Assembly: GCA_036488825.1 (NCBI GenBank)
Contig: DASXGZ010000006.1
Coordinates: 1,463 to 65,462, forward strand
From: Candidatus Angelobacter sp.
GTDB taxonomy: Bacteria > Acidobacteriota > Terriglobia > Terriglobales > Acidobacteriaceae
Reading direction: 5' to 3'
Length of the DNA stretch: 64,000 nt
Below, one piece after another: positions 26,536 through 36,364 of the stretch (its first letter is position 1; the number at the start of each line of letters is the position of its first letter). Both the position numbers and the translations under genes were made by a program. Under the pieces are notes generated by a model that saw only the letters and a program-made list of their open reading frames with translations, did not search any database and was not told where the DNA came from.

Positions 26536-27300
26536 ATGCCCCGGCAATCTGAAGCCTTGATTCTGCGCACCTATCCCTTCCATGAAGCGGACCTGCTGGT
26601 GACATTCTTTACGCGCGCGGAAGGCAAGATCAGGGGCGTGGCCAAGGCAGCGAAGCGATCTAAACGCCGTTTTGGCGGCGCGCTTGAGCCGCTTACGCAC
26701 GTAACCGCGCATTGGGAGGAGAAGGAAAAACAGGAGTTGGTGCGGCTTGACTCCTGCGACATCATCTCCTCGCCACTGGCAACGGAAGTTACTTATCCGC
26801 GTCTGGTGGCCCTGAGCTATGTGGCAGAAGTGATCGACCAGCTTATGCCCGACCGTGAGCCCAGCGATGATATCTTCCGGCTTACGCTCGCCGTGGTCCA
26901 CCACCTGAAGGCCGATTCTGTCTGGCTTCCGCTCACGTATTTCGATCTCTGGATCGTGCGTCTGATCGGTTTGCTGCCGGACTTGCATGCCTGCGTAATG
27001 TGCGGCGCTGTGTTAAATGGAAACCGTGCCTACTTTCACCCTTTAGCCGATGGCTTGCTTTGCGCTGACGACAAGCGGTTGGCCAGCACTGAGATTTCCG
27101 CCGATTCGCGGTCACTGGCATCAGCGATGTTCCGCGCACCTTTAAATAAGCTGAAAGGTGATCCAGTGGCAAACGACCCATTGATAAGTGCCCCCTGGAC
27201 GCGCAGCCGTGGCGCCGATCTTCGCCGTTTTCTGGCCCAGCGCATTGAGCGGCACATTGAAAAGAAGCTGGTGACTGCGGCGATGCTGGAGAAGCTTTAG
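26536..27300 (+). CDS. recO: DNA repair protein RecO
   Basis: SEALILRTYPFHEADLLVTFFTRAEGKIRGVAKAAKRSKRRFGGALEPLT plus a CxxC zinc motif (CVMCG). Confidence 0.9.
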   Translation: MPRQSEALILRTYPFHEADLLVTFFTRAEGKIRGVAKAAKRSKRRFGGALEPLTHVTAHWEEKEKQELVRLDSCDIISSPLATEVTYPRLVALSYVAEVIDQLMPDREPSDDIFRLTLAVVHHLKADSVWLPLTYFDLWIVRLIGLLPDLHACVMCGAVLNGNRAYFHPLADGLLCADDKRLASTEISADSRSLASAMFRAPLNKLKGDPVANDPLISAPWTRSRGADLRRFLAQRIERHIEKKLVTAAMLEKL

Positions 27301-27301
27301 C

Positions 27302-27491
27302 TTTTCTGCAATCCCGAAGCGGAGCGAGGGAACCCTATCCTCGCGAGTAGCCATGGGCCGCGAATTAACGCGAAGGAACACAAATTAATATTCATTTTGC
27401 GAGTTAAATTCAGCGTAGCTATCGCTTCCTGCTTATTGTTGCCATAGGGTTCCCTCCCCTTCGCAAGCTCAGGGTCGGGATATGAAGAAAA
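27302..27491. repeat. Imperfect inverted-repeat element, copy A (REP/MITE-like family)
   Basis: Left arm TTTTCTGCAATCCCGAAGCGGAGCGAGGGAACCCTAT and right arm ATAGGGTTCCCTCCCCTTCGCAAGCTCAGGGTCGGGAT. The perfect 13-bp core is 27326-27338 / 27444-27456. Related arms occur at 41928-42050 and 56983-57120. Confidence 0.75.
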
Positions 27492-27513
27492 TCTGTTAAA
27501 TTAGTTACTTCGC

Positions 27514-28485
27514 ATGTCCAACGCCAGCGCCCCTACATACCAGGAGATCATTCTTCGCTTGCAGAAGTTCTGGGCGGAGCGCGGCTGCGTGTTGCAGCAG
27601 CCGTATGACATTGAGGTAGGCGCTGGTACCATGTCGCCGGAGACTTTCCTGCGCGCGCTGGGACCAAAGCCGTACAAAGTGGCTTACGTGCAGCCCTCGC
27701 GCAGAGCAGCCGATGGACGCTACGGCGACAATCCAAACCGTCTTTATAAGCACATGCAGATGCAGGTGATCCTTAAACCTCCGCCGGAGGACGTTCAGGA
27801 GCTCTATTTGCGATCGCTGGAAGCGCTTGGCATTGATCTGCGCAAGCATGACATTAAATTTGAAGAGGACAACTGGGAATCGCCGACTCTGGGTGCTTGG
27901 GGCGTGGGCTGGCAGGTGATGCTGGACGGACTGGAGATCACGCAGTTTACGTATTTTCAGCAGTGTGGCGGAATCGATCTTGACCCTATCTGCGCCGAGC
28001 TGACCTACGGTCTGGAGCGTATCGCTGCGTTCCTACAGGATGTGGACAGCATTTATGACATTGTCTGGGCGCGCGATCCACTGAGTGGCAACACCGTTAA
28101 GTATCGCGACGTGCGCTTTCAGGATGAGCTTCAGATGTCGGTCTACAACTTTGAGGAAGCTGATGTCGAGAAGACATGGAAGCACCTGGAGATGTATGAA
28201 AGTGAGTCGCAGGCGCTCATAAGTCAGTTTCAGGCGCTTCTGAAGGACAAGAACGCGGGCGTCACTGAAAAAGAGCGCTTTCCGCTGCTCGCCGCCTATG
28301 AACTCTGCCTGAAGTGCTCACATCTTTTCAATCTGTTGGATGCCCGCGGAGCGATTTCTGTAACGGAACGAGTCGGCGTGATCGCCCGTATTCGCCAGCT
28401 TGCTGTGGGACTGGCGAAAGCGTATGTGGCTCAGCAGAATGCATCGGCTGGAATAGAAAAACTCCAGAAGGGTGGGGCGGCCTGA
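27514..28485 (+). CDS. glyQ: Glycine--tRNA ligase alpha subunit
   Basis: [67 protein letters not shown]. Confidence 0.95.
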   Translation: MSNASAPTYQEIILRLQKFWAERGCVLQQPYDIEVGAGTMSPETFLRALGPKPYKVAYVQPSRRAADGRYGDNPNRLYKHMQMQVILKPPPEDVQELYLRSLEALGIDLRKHDIKFEEDNWESPTLGAWGVGWQVMLDGLEITQFTYFQQCGGIDLDPICAELTYGLERIAAFLQDVDSIYDIVWARDPLSGNTVKYRDVRFQDELQMSVYNFEEADVEKTWKHLEMYESESQALISQFQALLKDKNAGVTEKERFPLLAAYELCLKCSHLFNLLDARGAISVTERVGVIARIRQLAVGLAKAYVAQQNASAGIEKLQKGGAA

Positions 28486-30650
28486 TGCCCGACTTTCTGC
28501 TGGAGATTGGACTGGAAGAAATTCCCGCGAGAATGATGGATAGCGCATGGCAGGATTTGGCGACACGCGTTCTGATTCTGTTGTTGCGCGAGTCTTTGAT
28601 CAAGCCGCAATCTGCGCAGGCACCCGGCACAGAAAAGCGGGAGCTTCTTTTAAATCCTTGCGCCACTCCGCGCCGGCTTGCATGGGTCGTCCCTGGCGTC
28701 GCTTCTTTTCAACCAGACGTGACCGAGCAGATCACTGGACCTTCCACCAAAGTGGCCTATAAAGATGGTAAGCCTACCCCTGCGGCTGAAGCATTTGCGA
28801 AGAAGGCCGGCGTGGATGTTGCAAAGTTGGAGACGGTCACCACGCCAAAGGGCGAGTATCTGGCTGCCACGGTCACAAGAAAAGGCCGCCAGGCTTTGGA
28901 GATTCTTGCCGAAGCAGTTCCAAAAGAGATCGCCGCGATCTATTGGGCCAAAAATATGTATTGGCGCGCGGGCAAGCCGGAGCGCTTTGTGCGTCCGGTG
29001 CGCTGGATTGTTGCGATGCTGGATGGTGAAGTTGTTCCGCTGGAATTTGCCGGGATAAAAGCGGGCAGCAAGTCGCGCGGGCACCGAATCCTTGGTCCCG
29101 AGCAGGTTTCAATTTCAGCGCCAGCAAAATATGTAGAGACCATGCAGGGCGCTCATGTTTCGGCGCTAAGCACAGACCGCGAATACAAAATCCGCAAAGC
29201 CCTGGATGCCGCCACCCGCACAGTGCCGGGCGCACGCTGGCGTGAAGATGCTGAACTGTTAAAGACTGTGGTAAATCTTACCGAATGGCCTTCCGCGATT
29301 CTGGGCAGCTTTGACAAGGAGTATCTGTCGCTGCCGGAAGAAGTGCTGGTCACGGTAATGCGTGATCATCAGAAATACTTTGCGGTTGAGGATTCCAGTG
29401 GCAAGCTCGCGCCGCACTTCCTGGCCGTGCTGAATACGGATGGCGATCCTGATGGCCTGATCCGCCACGGCAATGAACGCGTGCTGCGTGCAAGGTTTAA
29501 CGACGCGCGGTTCTTCTGGGATACGGACCAGAAAACACTACTTGAGCAGCGCGTAAAAATGCTGAGTGCCGTCACATTCCAAAAAGATTTGGGAAGTTAT
29601 TACGACAAAACTGGACGTGTGGTTAAATTGGCCACTGATATTGCTCTGTCGCTTAACAAATCAGGGATAGCCGTTCGCGCTGATGTGGTCTCAGATGCGG
29701 CGAAACTTTTGAAGACGGACCTAACTACCGAACTCGTAAAAGAATTTACTGAACTGCAAGGAATTATCGGTGGCCTATACGCCAAGGCTCAGGGGGCGAC
29801 ACAGGCAGTCGCCACTGCCATCTACGACCAATACAAACCTGGCTCAACTGAAGACTCTGCGCCGCGAACGCTTGAAGGCGCAGTGCTCTCAATTGCCGAT
29901 AAAGCCGACAGCATTGCCGGGATGTTTGCGCTGGGATTGGTGCCCTCAGGATCAAAAGATCCTTTTGCTTTACGGCGGCAGGCAAATGGGATCGTGAAGA
30001 CGATTGTTGAACACAAGCTGCCGCTGAATCTGGCGCAGATAATGGATGACGCGCGCAGCGGATATCAGGGCAGCGAAGCAGAGAAGAAGTTTACGCTCAG
30101 TGGCGATGCTTACACGCAAGCCGTGCGCAGCTTTTTCCGCGAGCGCCTTGAGTTCTACCTACGCGACGTGCTTGGGCTGGCCTATGACGTTGTCAACGCA
30201 ACGTTGGCTTCTGGCGCGGATGATGTTGTGGACGCTGTCGCTCGGGCCAGCGCGGTCGCCAAGGTGCGGCCATCGGCGGATTTTGAGTCAATCTCCATTG
30301 CCTTCAAACGAATGAAAAATATCCTGCGGCAGGCGGCAGAGACAAAGAAAAAGATCGCATCGCCTTTCAATCCCGCAGCGCTTACTGATCAGGAAGAAAA
30401 GAGCCTCGCTGCGGCGGTTCCACAAGTTGCCAAGAAAGTTCACGAACTCAGTGCATCGCGCCAATACGAACCTGCGCTGCTTGAGATTTCTCTTCTTCGT
30501 CCGCCCGTAGACGCCTTCTTCGACAAGGTAATGGTCATGGTGGATGACGAAGAGCTTCGCGCACAGCGCCTTGGCCTGCTGCAAACGCTGGTGAATGAGT
30601 TTTCCAGCATTGCAGATTTCTCAGAGATTGTGACAATTTCCCGGCCCTGA
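28485..30650 (+). CDS. glyS: Glycine--tRNA ligase beta subunit
   Basis: [18 protein letters not shown] starts at an ATG overlapping the glyQ stop (TGATG at 28483-28487). The track start at 28314 was rejected. Confidence 0.95.
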   Translation: MPDFLLEIGLEEIPARMMDSAWQDLATRVLILLLRESLIKPQSAQAPGTEKRELLLNPCATPRRLAWVVPGVASFQPDVTEQITGPSTKVAYKDGKPTPAAEAFAKKAGVDVAKLETVTTPKGEYLAATVTRKGRQALEILAEAVPKEIAAIYWAKNMYWRAGKPERFVRPVRWIVAMLDGEVVPLEFAGIKAGSKSRGHRILGPEQVSISAPAKYVETMQGAHVSALSTDREYKIRKALDAATRTVPGARWREDAELLKTVVNLTEWPSAILGSFDKEYLSLPEEVLVTVMRDHQKYFAVEDSSGKLAPHFLAVLNTDGDPDGLIRHGNERVLRARFNDARFFWDTDQKTLLEQRVKMLSAVTFQKDLGSYYDKTGRVVKLATDIALSLNKSGIAVRADVVSDAAKLLKTDLTTELVKEFTELQGIIGGLYAKAQGATQAVATAIYDQYKPGSTEDSAPRTLEGAVLSIADKADSIAGMFALGLVPSGSKDPFALRRQANGIVKTIVEHKLPLNLAQIMDDARSGYQGSEAEKKFTLSGDAYTQAVRSFFRERLEFYLRDVLGLAYDVVNATLASGADDVVDAVARASAVAKVRPSADFESISIAFKRMKNILRQAAETKKKIASPFNPAALTDQEEKSLAAAVPQVAKKVHELSASRQYEPALLEISLLRPPVDAFFDKVMVMVDDEELRAQRLGLLQTLVNEFSSIADFSEIVTISRP

Positions 30651-30693
30651 AGGGCAACGGCGGAGACAGAAGACCCGTAGTCCGGCACTGAGT

Positions 30694-32187
30694 CTATTTG
30701 TCCTTCCATGACTTGCGGCTCGTCATCTGCTGCTGCCCCGGAGCTGGTTGTTCTTCTTCTTCGCCGGAGCCTTCGCTCTCTTCAGCCGCTGCCTGCGCCG
30801 CTTTGGCATTGGCAAGAGCATCTGGTGTAACGCCGCTTTTGAATACGTCATTGAAGAAGATTTTTGCGTCTGATGGCACCATCATGATCTGGAGTTTGTC
30901 AGACATCCGCTCAGCCACAATCTTGTTAATTAACAACGGGCTTTCCTTCAACAGGGCGGCTTCGGACTTCATGCGTTCTGCATCGGCCAGCGCCACTTTA
31001 CGTATGCGTCCAGCTTCAGCGTCAGCCAGAAGATTGCGGCGCTCCAGCTCCGCCTTGCTGTCAATCACCTTGGCCTGTGCCTGAGCTTCAGCATTTTTCA
31101 CCGTGGTCTCTTTTTGCGCCTCTGCTTCCAGCTTGGACTGCTGAATCTGTTTTTGTTTCAGAGGCAGCGTGAACTGCATTGCGTCTGCTTCTGACTTGGC
31201 CTGAAGCACGCGGACCTGGCCTGCGCCCTGCGCTTGCTTTACCTGCCGGACACGCGCAGCCTCGGCTTCAAGTTCGGCGATTTTTACTTGCTTGCTTTTC
31301 ATCTCGGTTTCCACGCCCAGGCCTTCATTTTCTTGTTCTTTCAACAGCAGACCTTCCAGTCCTTTGGCATATTCCTCTGGCAATTGAACATCGCGCAGCA
31401 TGACTTCTTTCACGATGATTCCGTCACCGGCCAGTTTTCTGGTAATCCTGTCTGCCGCGCTCTGGCGAATTTCTTCACGCTTTGTTGCAAAGACTTCACG
31501 CACGGTGTAATTTGGCGCCAGTTCGCGGAATACGCTGGAAACCACCGGCGGGACGATTTCTTTTTCCACCGGCTGCGGCAGGTTGGCGTGAATGAAATCC
31601 AGCTTTCGTGGATCGAGCCTATAACGAACTGTGATTGCCAACCCGATGCTTAAACCTTCTTTCGATTGGACGCTGAAAGTATCAGGCTTCTTGTTAGCTT
31701 CTTTCTTTTCGGCGCTGGATTCGGTAATAGAACCCAGCCCATCATTGGCAATTGAAGAAGTTGTCAGCACCTGATCACGAATGTCATACAGCACAACAGA
31801 ATCCAGGAGCGGCGTAACAAAATGCGCTCCAGGATACAACGTGCCGGGGCGCGTTCCCGCGGTCTGGCTCACTCTGATGCCGCCCATCCCGCTGGGCACC
31901 ACCACTATGCCGGCAGCGAGAATGAGCAACAGCCAGGCCGCAGGAAACGCCCATTGGGCAATCGTCCAGTTCAGTTGCGGTTTTTCCACGGCCACGCCAT
32001 GAGTCAATGGCGTTCCCGCAGAGGCGCCCTCCGGTCCCGATGAAGTACCGGAGAGGGAGCCTGGAGCTATAGGTCGCAACCGGCGGTGATACTGGACAAC
32101 CTGGTAAAGATTTTTCAAGACATTGGTGATGGCCGCGGCAAGCAGCCCCCATCCGGTAAGCAGCAGCAGATATCTCAGTAACAACAT
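30694..32187 (-). CDS. SPFH/band-7 (prohibitin/HflK-C-like) membrane protein with long coiled-coil tail
   Basis: N-terminal TM segments. The SPFH core is ...FSVQSKEGLSIGLAITVRYRLDP...VREVFATKREEI...GIIVKEVMLRDVQLPEEY, followed by an E/A/K/Q-rich coiled coil. Confidence 0.85.
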   Translation of the reverse strand: MLLLRYLLLLTGWGLLAAAITNVLKNLYQVVQYHRRLRPIAPGSLSGTSSGPEGASAGTPLTHGVAVEKPQLNWTIAQWAFPAAWLLLILAAGIVVVPSGMGGIRVSQTAGTRPGTLYPGAHFVTPLLDSVVLYDIRDQVLTTSSIANDGLGSITESSAEKKEANKKPDTFSVQSKEGLSIGLAITVRYRLDPRKLDFIHANLPQPVEKEIVPPVVSSVFRELAPNYTVREVFATKREEIRQSAADRITRKLAGDGIIVKEVMLRDVQLPEEYAKGLEGLLLKEQENEGLGVETEMKSKQVKIAELEAEAARVRQVKQAQGAGQVRVLQAKSEADAMQFTLPLKQKQIQQSKLEAEAQKETTVKNAEAQAQAKVIDSKAELERRNLLADAEAGRIRKVALADAERMKSEAALLKESPLLINKIVAERMSDKLQIMMVPSDAKIFFNDVFKSGVTPDALANAKAAQAAAEESEGSGEEEEQPAPGQQQMTSRKSWKDK

Positions 32188-32542
32188 GGCATTTCTCCTT
32201 CAGTACATCTCCGACTTTTCTCGCTGGTATTGCTGCGCTGCTTTGACTGTTATCCTGCTGGCTATAGCACCACTTTCACAATCGACAACAAAGATTATCC
32301 AAGGCAAGCTGGCAGGCGTCAGGAGTCCAGTTCAATCCGAGCGCGTCATACGCTTAGCGTGATACTGAATTCACAGAGTGGTGAAGTGCAATCTTGAAGC
32401 CGAATAGGGAGCTACTGGAAGTTGTTGAAGAGAAGTCACTTGCAGACTCAAGTTAGCAGCGATGTGTTTGAAAGCACACAGTATGTGTATGTTCTGACGC
32501 GAGTCTTGCATACCAAGACCGTCTTACATCTTGAAAATACAT

Positions 32543-33346
32543 TTAATCGAGATTTCGAGAAAGAGATTGCATCGCTTGTATTTTTTCAAATGTTAGGGGT
32601 GGGTGATTTTCTATTGCTTTGTCCGCTCCAATTTCAATCTCATTCAATTTTCGGCCGGATCCGCTAAATGGCCGGATGGCGCGTATCTCGACCCCGGCAC
32701 GCATCAGCGCATAAGCAACAAATTTCACTTTTTCAATGGGAACGTCTTCGGCTGCCCAAATAGCGTTGGTGGGAAGATCTGGATTTTTTCGCCCATTAGT
32801 AGTTTGAACCAGCTTAAAACCGGCTTGTTGTAAGGCACTGGTAAGAGCGGGACCATTTATGTCTCTGGGATCCACGTCTTTAGCGTAATAAATGACTGTG
32901 GTGGGCTGCTTTTGGTTTTCTGCCTGGACTTGTCCCATAAGAGCCTTGAGCAGATCATCGCCCCTTATCCCCGCTTGAACTAATTTCACATTTTCCGGGG
33001 TTGAAAGTCCGTTTTCCTGGATATTTTTTATGCGGCTTTGTGCTACACCAGCTCCAGCAAGAAAACGCGCTATCACGCCTTTGATGTCTTCCGTGTTCCC
33101 CTGCACCAGCGTGAGCGTGCTTTTAAGAAATTCTATGTTGCCATCGTCCTTTTTCTTTTGTGCAACATCCGCTTGATGCCCGCTGATCGAAATCCCGATG
33201 GAAGCGATAGTGGAGAAGACCAGGATGCCCACTATCCATTTATTCTTGCTGTCTTCCTTAGGGTCAGAAGGATCAGCCTTCAGGCCAAGAATGCCGCCAA
33301 AGAAGCTTAGTAGCGGCAGCACGATGAGAGAAACAATCGTTAACAT
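32543..33346 (-). CDS. Hypothetical membrane protein (2 N-terminal TM helices) in a low-GC islet
   Basis: 267-aa ATG ORF and the only long ORF in an AT-rich stretch. No motif recognised. The C-terminal region TVIYYAKDVD...ALQQAGFKLVQ...IWAAEDVP...AYALMRAGV loosely recalls LytR_C-type alpha/beta modules. Confidence 0.6.
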   Translation of the reverse strand: MLTIVSLIVLPLLSFFGGILGLKADPSDPKEDSKNKWIVGILVFSTIASIGISISGHQADVAQKKKDDGNIEFLKSTLTLVQGNTEDIKGVIARFLAGAGVAQSRIKNIQENGLSTPENVKLVQAGIRGDDLLKALMGQVQAENQKQPTTVIYYAKDVDPRDINGPALTSALQQAGFKLVQTTNGRKNPDLPTNAIWAAEDVPIEKVKFVAYALMRAGVEIRAIRPFSGSGRKLNEIEIGADKAIENHPPLTFEKIQAMQSLSRNLD

Positions 33347-34242
33347 GAGCGCGATCCCGGCAATGTTGCAGTGAAAATTAGAACTAAATAATCTTTACCA
33401 TAACCTAACGAGATTGGTCAGAGGATTCCTTCGTCGTCGCAATTAAGCGGGGAATCAACAGTAAAAATGGGGTATCAGGCGCACCTGAAACCCCTAAGGA
33501 GCGCAGCCATGATTCAGAGCACGGAAAGAACGGATATCGTTGGTTCCAGTCAGCGAATAAAGGCCGCTTAAAAGACTTCGACACAAGAAATCAACAGCGC
33601 GGAACACAAAAATTCCACCAAAACAACTTCAGCACTATCAATGACTTAGTTGCGAATTCGGATGAATGCGGCCCAGGATGGAGACTGTTCGATGGAATTA
33701 CAAAGAAGACCGGCTGGATTGGGCACAAAATAGTAAAGGCTGTGACATTGGTTATGCTCTAGCTGCCAACTCCTGCGAGGGAGTTAACAACGTGGATGCA
33801 TGTACCGTCACAGCCCTTGATGCAATCACTGCTTTCGCAGTCCCTGACCCCGACCTGCTCCTCGCAGAGTTTGTCGGTTTTTTCGGGTCCGGGTATTCAG
33901 CGGATCACTCCACCGAACCTGATCACTCAGTCTACTTCGGATTTGCCAAGGTTTATTTCGGCTAACCCTTTCGACCGTCGACATGTGTGATCCTAGCTCA
34001 AGAGCAGGAAAAGTCAACGCCCGTGATTTGTGCAAATGCTGATTTTTTTCCACGTATTCACGTTCTCAAAAACATAGATAAAATGCGGCGAGAAATGCTG
34101 TTTTCAATGCGCGTCCGTGTTTTCCACATGGGTTTCCACAGAACTTATCAATCGAACGGGAATGGTCCGGTGTGCGGATGAATCAAAACATGTTCTTGAC
34201 GGCGCAACCCTGTGTGCCTCATTGTGTCTCTTAGAGACGCAG

Positions 34243-34659
34243 ATGTCAGAATTCATCGCTTACGTAGATGGCGGGTCACATGGCAGCCCTGGTCCCTCCG
34301 GCATTGGGGTGCTGATTGAGAAGCCTGACGGAGAAATGATCCGGATTGCGAAGTGGATTGGCCACCATGACAATAATGTGGCTGAATACGCTGCCCTGCT
34401 GGAAGCTTTGCAGCGCGCTTTGGAACTTAAAGCTACCTCACTGAATGTTTACTCAGATTCCGAGCTGGTGGTGAAACAGATGACCGGAGAGTACTCCTGC
34501 CGAAGCCCACGGCTCTATTCTCTGCACTGGATGTGCCGGAAGCTTGCCCACACGCTGAAATTTTGCATTTCTCACATTCCACGTGAGCAGAATCAGGAAG
34601 CGAATCGGCTGGCAAACCATGCCGTCCGGTTCCGAAAGCAGCCCGCGACCCTTGACTGA
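34243..34659 (+). CDS. rnhA: Ribonuclease HI-family protein
   Basis: IAYVDGGSHGSPGPSGIGV (DGG/G motif), NNVAEYAALLEAL (catalytic E), VYSDSELVVKQ (D) and REQNQEANRLAN. Start taken at the internal ATG 34243. Confidence 0.8.
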   Translation: MSEFIAYVDGGSHGSPGPSGIGVLIEKPDGEMIRIAKWIGHHDNNVAEYAALLEALQRALELKATSLNVYSDSELVVKQMTGEYSCRSPRLYSLHWMCRKLAHTLKFCISHIPREQNQEANRLANHAVRFRKQPATLD

Positions 34660-34815
34660 AACGCATCAGGAAAAGGCCCTATCGGTTGCTGCTGCTTCAC
34701 ATAATCTGCGTAGAAATCCATCAGGTCGGGAATGCCGTGTTGATGAAGGCTATTTTCTGTGGCGTGGGGACCCACGCCCGTCCGCAAATAGTTGCAACAC
34801 AGGAATGTACGGCGA

Positions 34816-34851
34816 GTAGTGGGTCAATTCAGATTGGAATTGACCCACTAC
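34816..34851. repeat. Perfect 15-bp inverted repeat (hairpin, 6-nt loop) between convergent genes
   Basis: GTAGTGGGTCAATTC (34816-34830), loop AGATTG, GAATTGACCCACTAC (34837-34851). No flanking U-tract on either strand. Confidence 0.8.
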
Positions 34852-34968
34852 AAACTCACGTGGCACAGCCCAGACTCTCGTCCTTGGATGAGCACAGCGA
34901 ATGGGCAGAATATTCTTTTCCCGCCGCTTAAATGCTTTTTTGTTGCCGTTTTTATTGCTTTGATGACT

Positions 34969-35214
34969 TTAGAGGTTACGAGTTTCTGTTCCGGTAGCTT
35001 CTTGCACGTTTCCAGCAAAACGCTCTGCCTGACCGCGAATTGCCGATACCGTGGTGCGGACCTTATCCCGACCCTGGCCGACCAGATCACGTGCTGAATC
35101 CGCCAAATCATTGGCGCGCTGTGAAAGATTTTCCCGTGTCTCTTCTCCGCTTACTGGGGCAAAAAGAATCCCCAAACCAATACCAATTCCCAAGCCTGCC
35201 AAAAAGGACTTCAT
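34969..35214 (-). CDS. YtxH domain-containing protein
   Basis: MKSFLAGLGIGIGLGILFAPVSGEETRENL is the YtxH N-terminal pattern. AGGAG lies 9 nt upstream. Confidence 0.8.
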   Translation of the reverse strand: MKSFLAGLGIGIGLGILFAPVSGEETRENLSQRANDLADSARDLVGQGRDKVRTTVSAIRGQAERFAGNVQEATGTETRNL

Positions 35215-35361
35215 GCGTCATACTCCTGTTGGATTTGGCAGCTACGCCGTTGCCTGCCGCCTGCTAGTAGAGATGCGGATTCACCGCGAAGGTTGCCGCG
35301 TTTAAGCCATTCGCGCGAGGGAAAAACAGCACTGCCGGTTAGCAGCTCTGCTTGCGCATTT

Positions 35362-36078
35362 TTACTTGGATTTGGCGAGCTTTTGGGCCGCCATCTGGGC
35401 CGCCGGGCTTTGTGGATTTTCTTTTTGCAATTGCTGGTAAATCAGAGTTGCCTGCTGCGGGTCCGTGTTTTCATACGTCTCCGCCAGTGCCATTTGGGCT
35501 TGCGGCTTGGAAACTGTAGCTGTCGGGTGCTCTGATAATTCTTTATAAATGGCAACAGCTTCTGATGTGCGATTCGATCCACGATACAAAGATGCCAGCG
35601 CCATTTTGGCCAGGGCGGATACATTTTTGTCGCTTAGGCTGGCAGCCCTCTTCAATTCTTGTTCCGCGCCTGCCTTGTCATCGGCCTGTTCCAATGCGAT
35701 TCCGCTCATGTAGCGGGCGATCTTTCCGGCAGAAACAGACGAATGTGTATCCGCCACAGCTTTAAACTGCTTTTGCGCTGCCTTGGCGCGATCGGCAATG
35801 GTACTGAAGAACGGACCAGTTTCTCCGGCCGGTGGAGGAGTGCCTGCGGGCGTGAGTGGCGTTTCAAATGTGCGCATCGCCGCGGAAAGCCCGATATTTG
35901 CCTGTTCATTTTCGCGGTTCCGCCACGCAAGCAAACTAACGATTGCCACAATAGCGATCACAGCAATGCCGATGGTCAAAATCACGGTTTGACGGTGATC
36001 GGTGGCCCAAACCGCCGCACCCTGGGCGGTCTTGGCAAATTTATCTTCTTTCAATTGACGACGGGTATAACCTGGCAC
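35362..36078 (-). CDS. Membrane-anchored tetratricopeptide-repeat protein (YfgM-like architecture)
   Basis: ...RRQLKEDKFAKTAQGAAVWATDHRQ, then a single TM (VILTIGIAVIAIVAIVSLLAW), then TPR-like repeats. I prefer the GTG at 36078 over the track start at 36171; the start is uncertain. Confidence 0.65.
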   Translation of the reverse strand: MPGYTRRQLKEDKFAKTAQGAAVWATDHRQTVILTIGIAVIAIVAIVSLLAWRNRENEQANIGLSAAMRTFETPLTPAGTPPPAGETGPFFSTIADRAKAAQKQFKAVADTHSSVSAGKIARYMSGIALEQADDKAGAEQELKRAASLSDKNVSALAKMALASLYRGSNRTSEAVAIYKELSEHPTATVSKPQAQMALAETYENTDPQQATLIYQQLQKENPQSPAAQMAAQKLAKSK

Positions 36079-36364
36079 TTGAAAACCTTTTTGGTGGGAT
36101 AAGTGGCAATGAAACCTTGAGTTTAGCAGCCAAACGGATAAAACGTCAAATTCCAAACGATGCAACGTCAATTAACGAACGTCAAATTTTGGTCTAGCTT
36201 CTCTTTTATTTCTTCAGTGCCGCCGTGCCATTGGCCTTGGTGCAACCACTCCGCCCCTTGATCAGTGCAACCGCATATTTCCTGCTGGCTTCCAACCTTA
36301 GAGGGAAACCCCGGAATCAATTTAAGAATGCGCTGTGTGGCAACAGGTGCATCAAGAGGTAGTT

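Noticed and set aside
26100-26988. Minus-strand ORFs of 138, 90 and 222 aa overlapping the ferredoxin and recO genes.
   Set aside because: They are antisense to two genes with unmistakable motifs.
28314-28484. N-terminal 57-codon extension of glyS given in the track.
   Set aside because: It lies wholly inside glyQ. The conserved GlyS N-terminus [14 protein letters not shown] starts at 28485, overlapping the glyQ stop.
33509-33571. 20-codon mini-ORF MIQSTERTDIVGSSQRIKAA with a strong AAGGAG 7 nt upstream.
   Set aside because: It is too short to support without conservation or expression data. I mention it only within the low-GC islet finding.
33666-33965. 99-aa plus-strand ORF in the low-GC islet.
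   Set aside because: It has no ribosome-binding site and no motif, and it overlaps a competing minus ORF. The coding status is unresolved.
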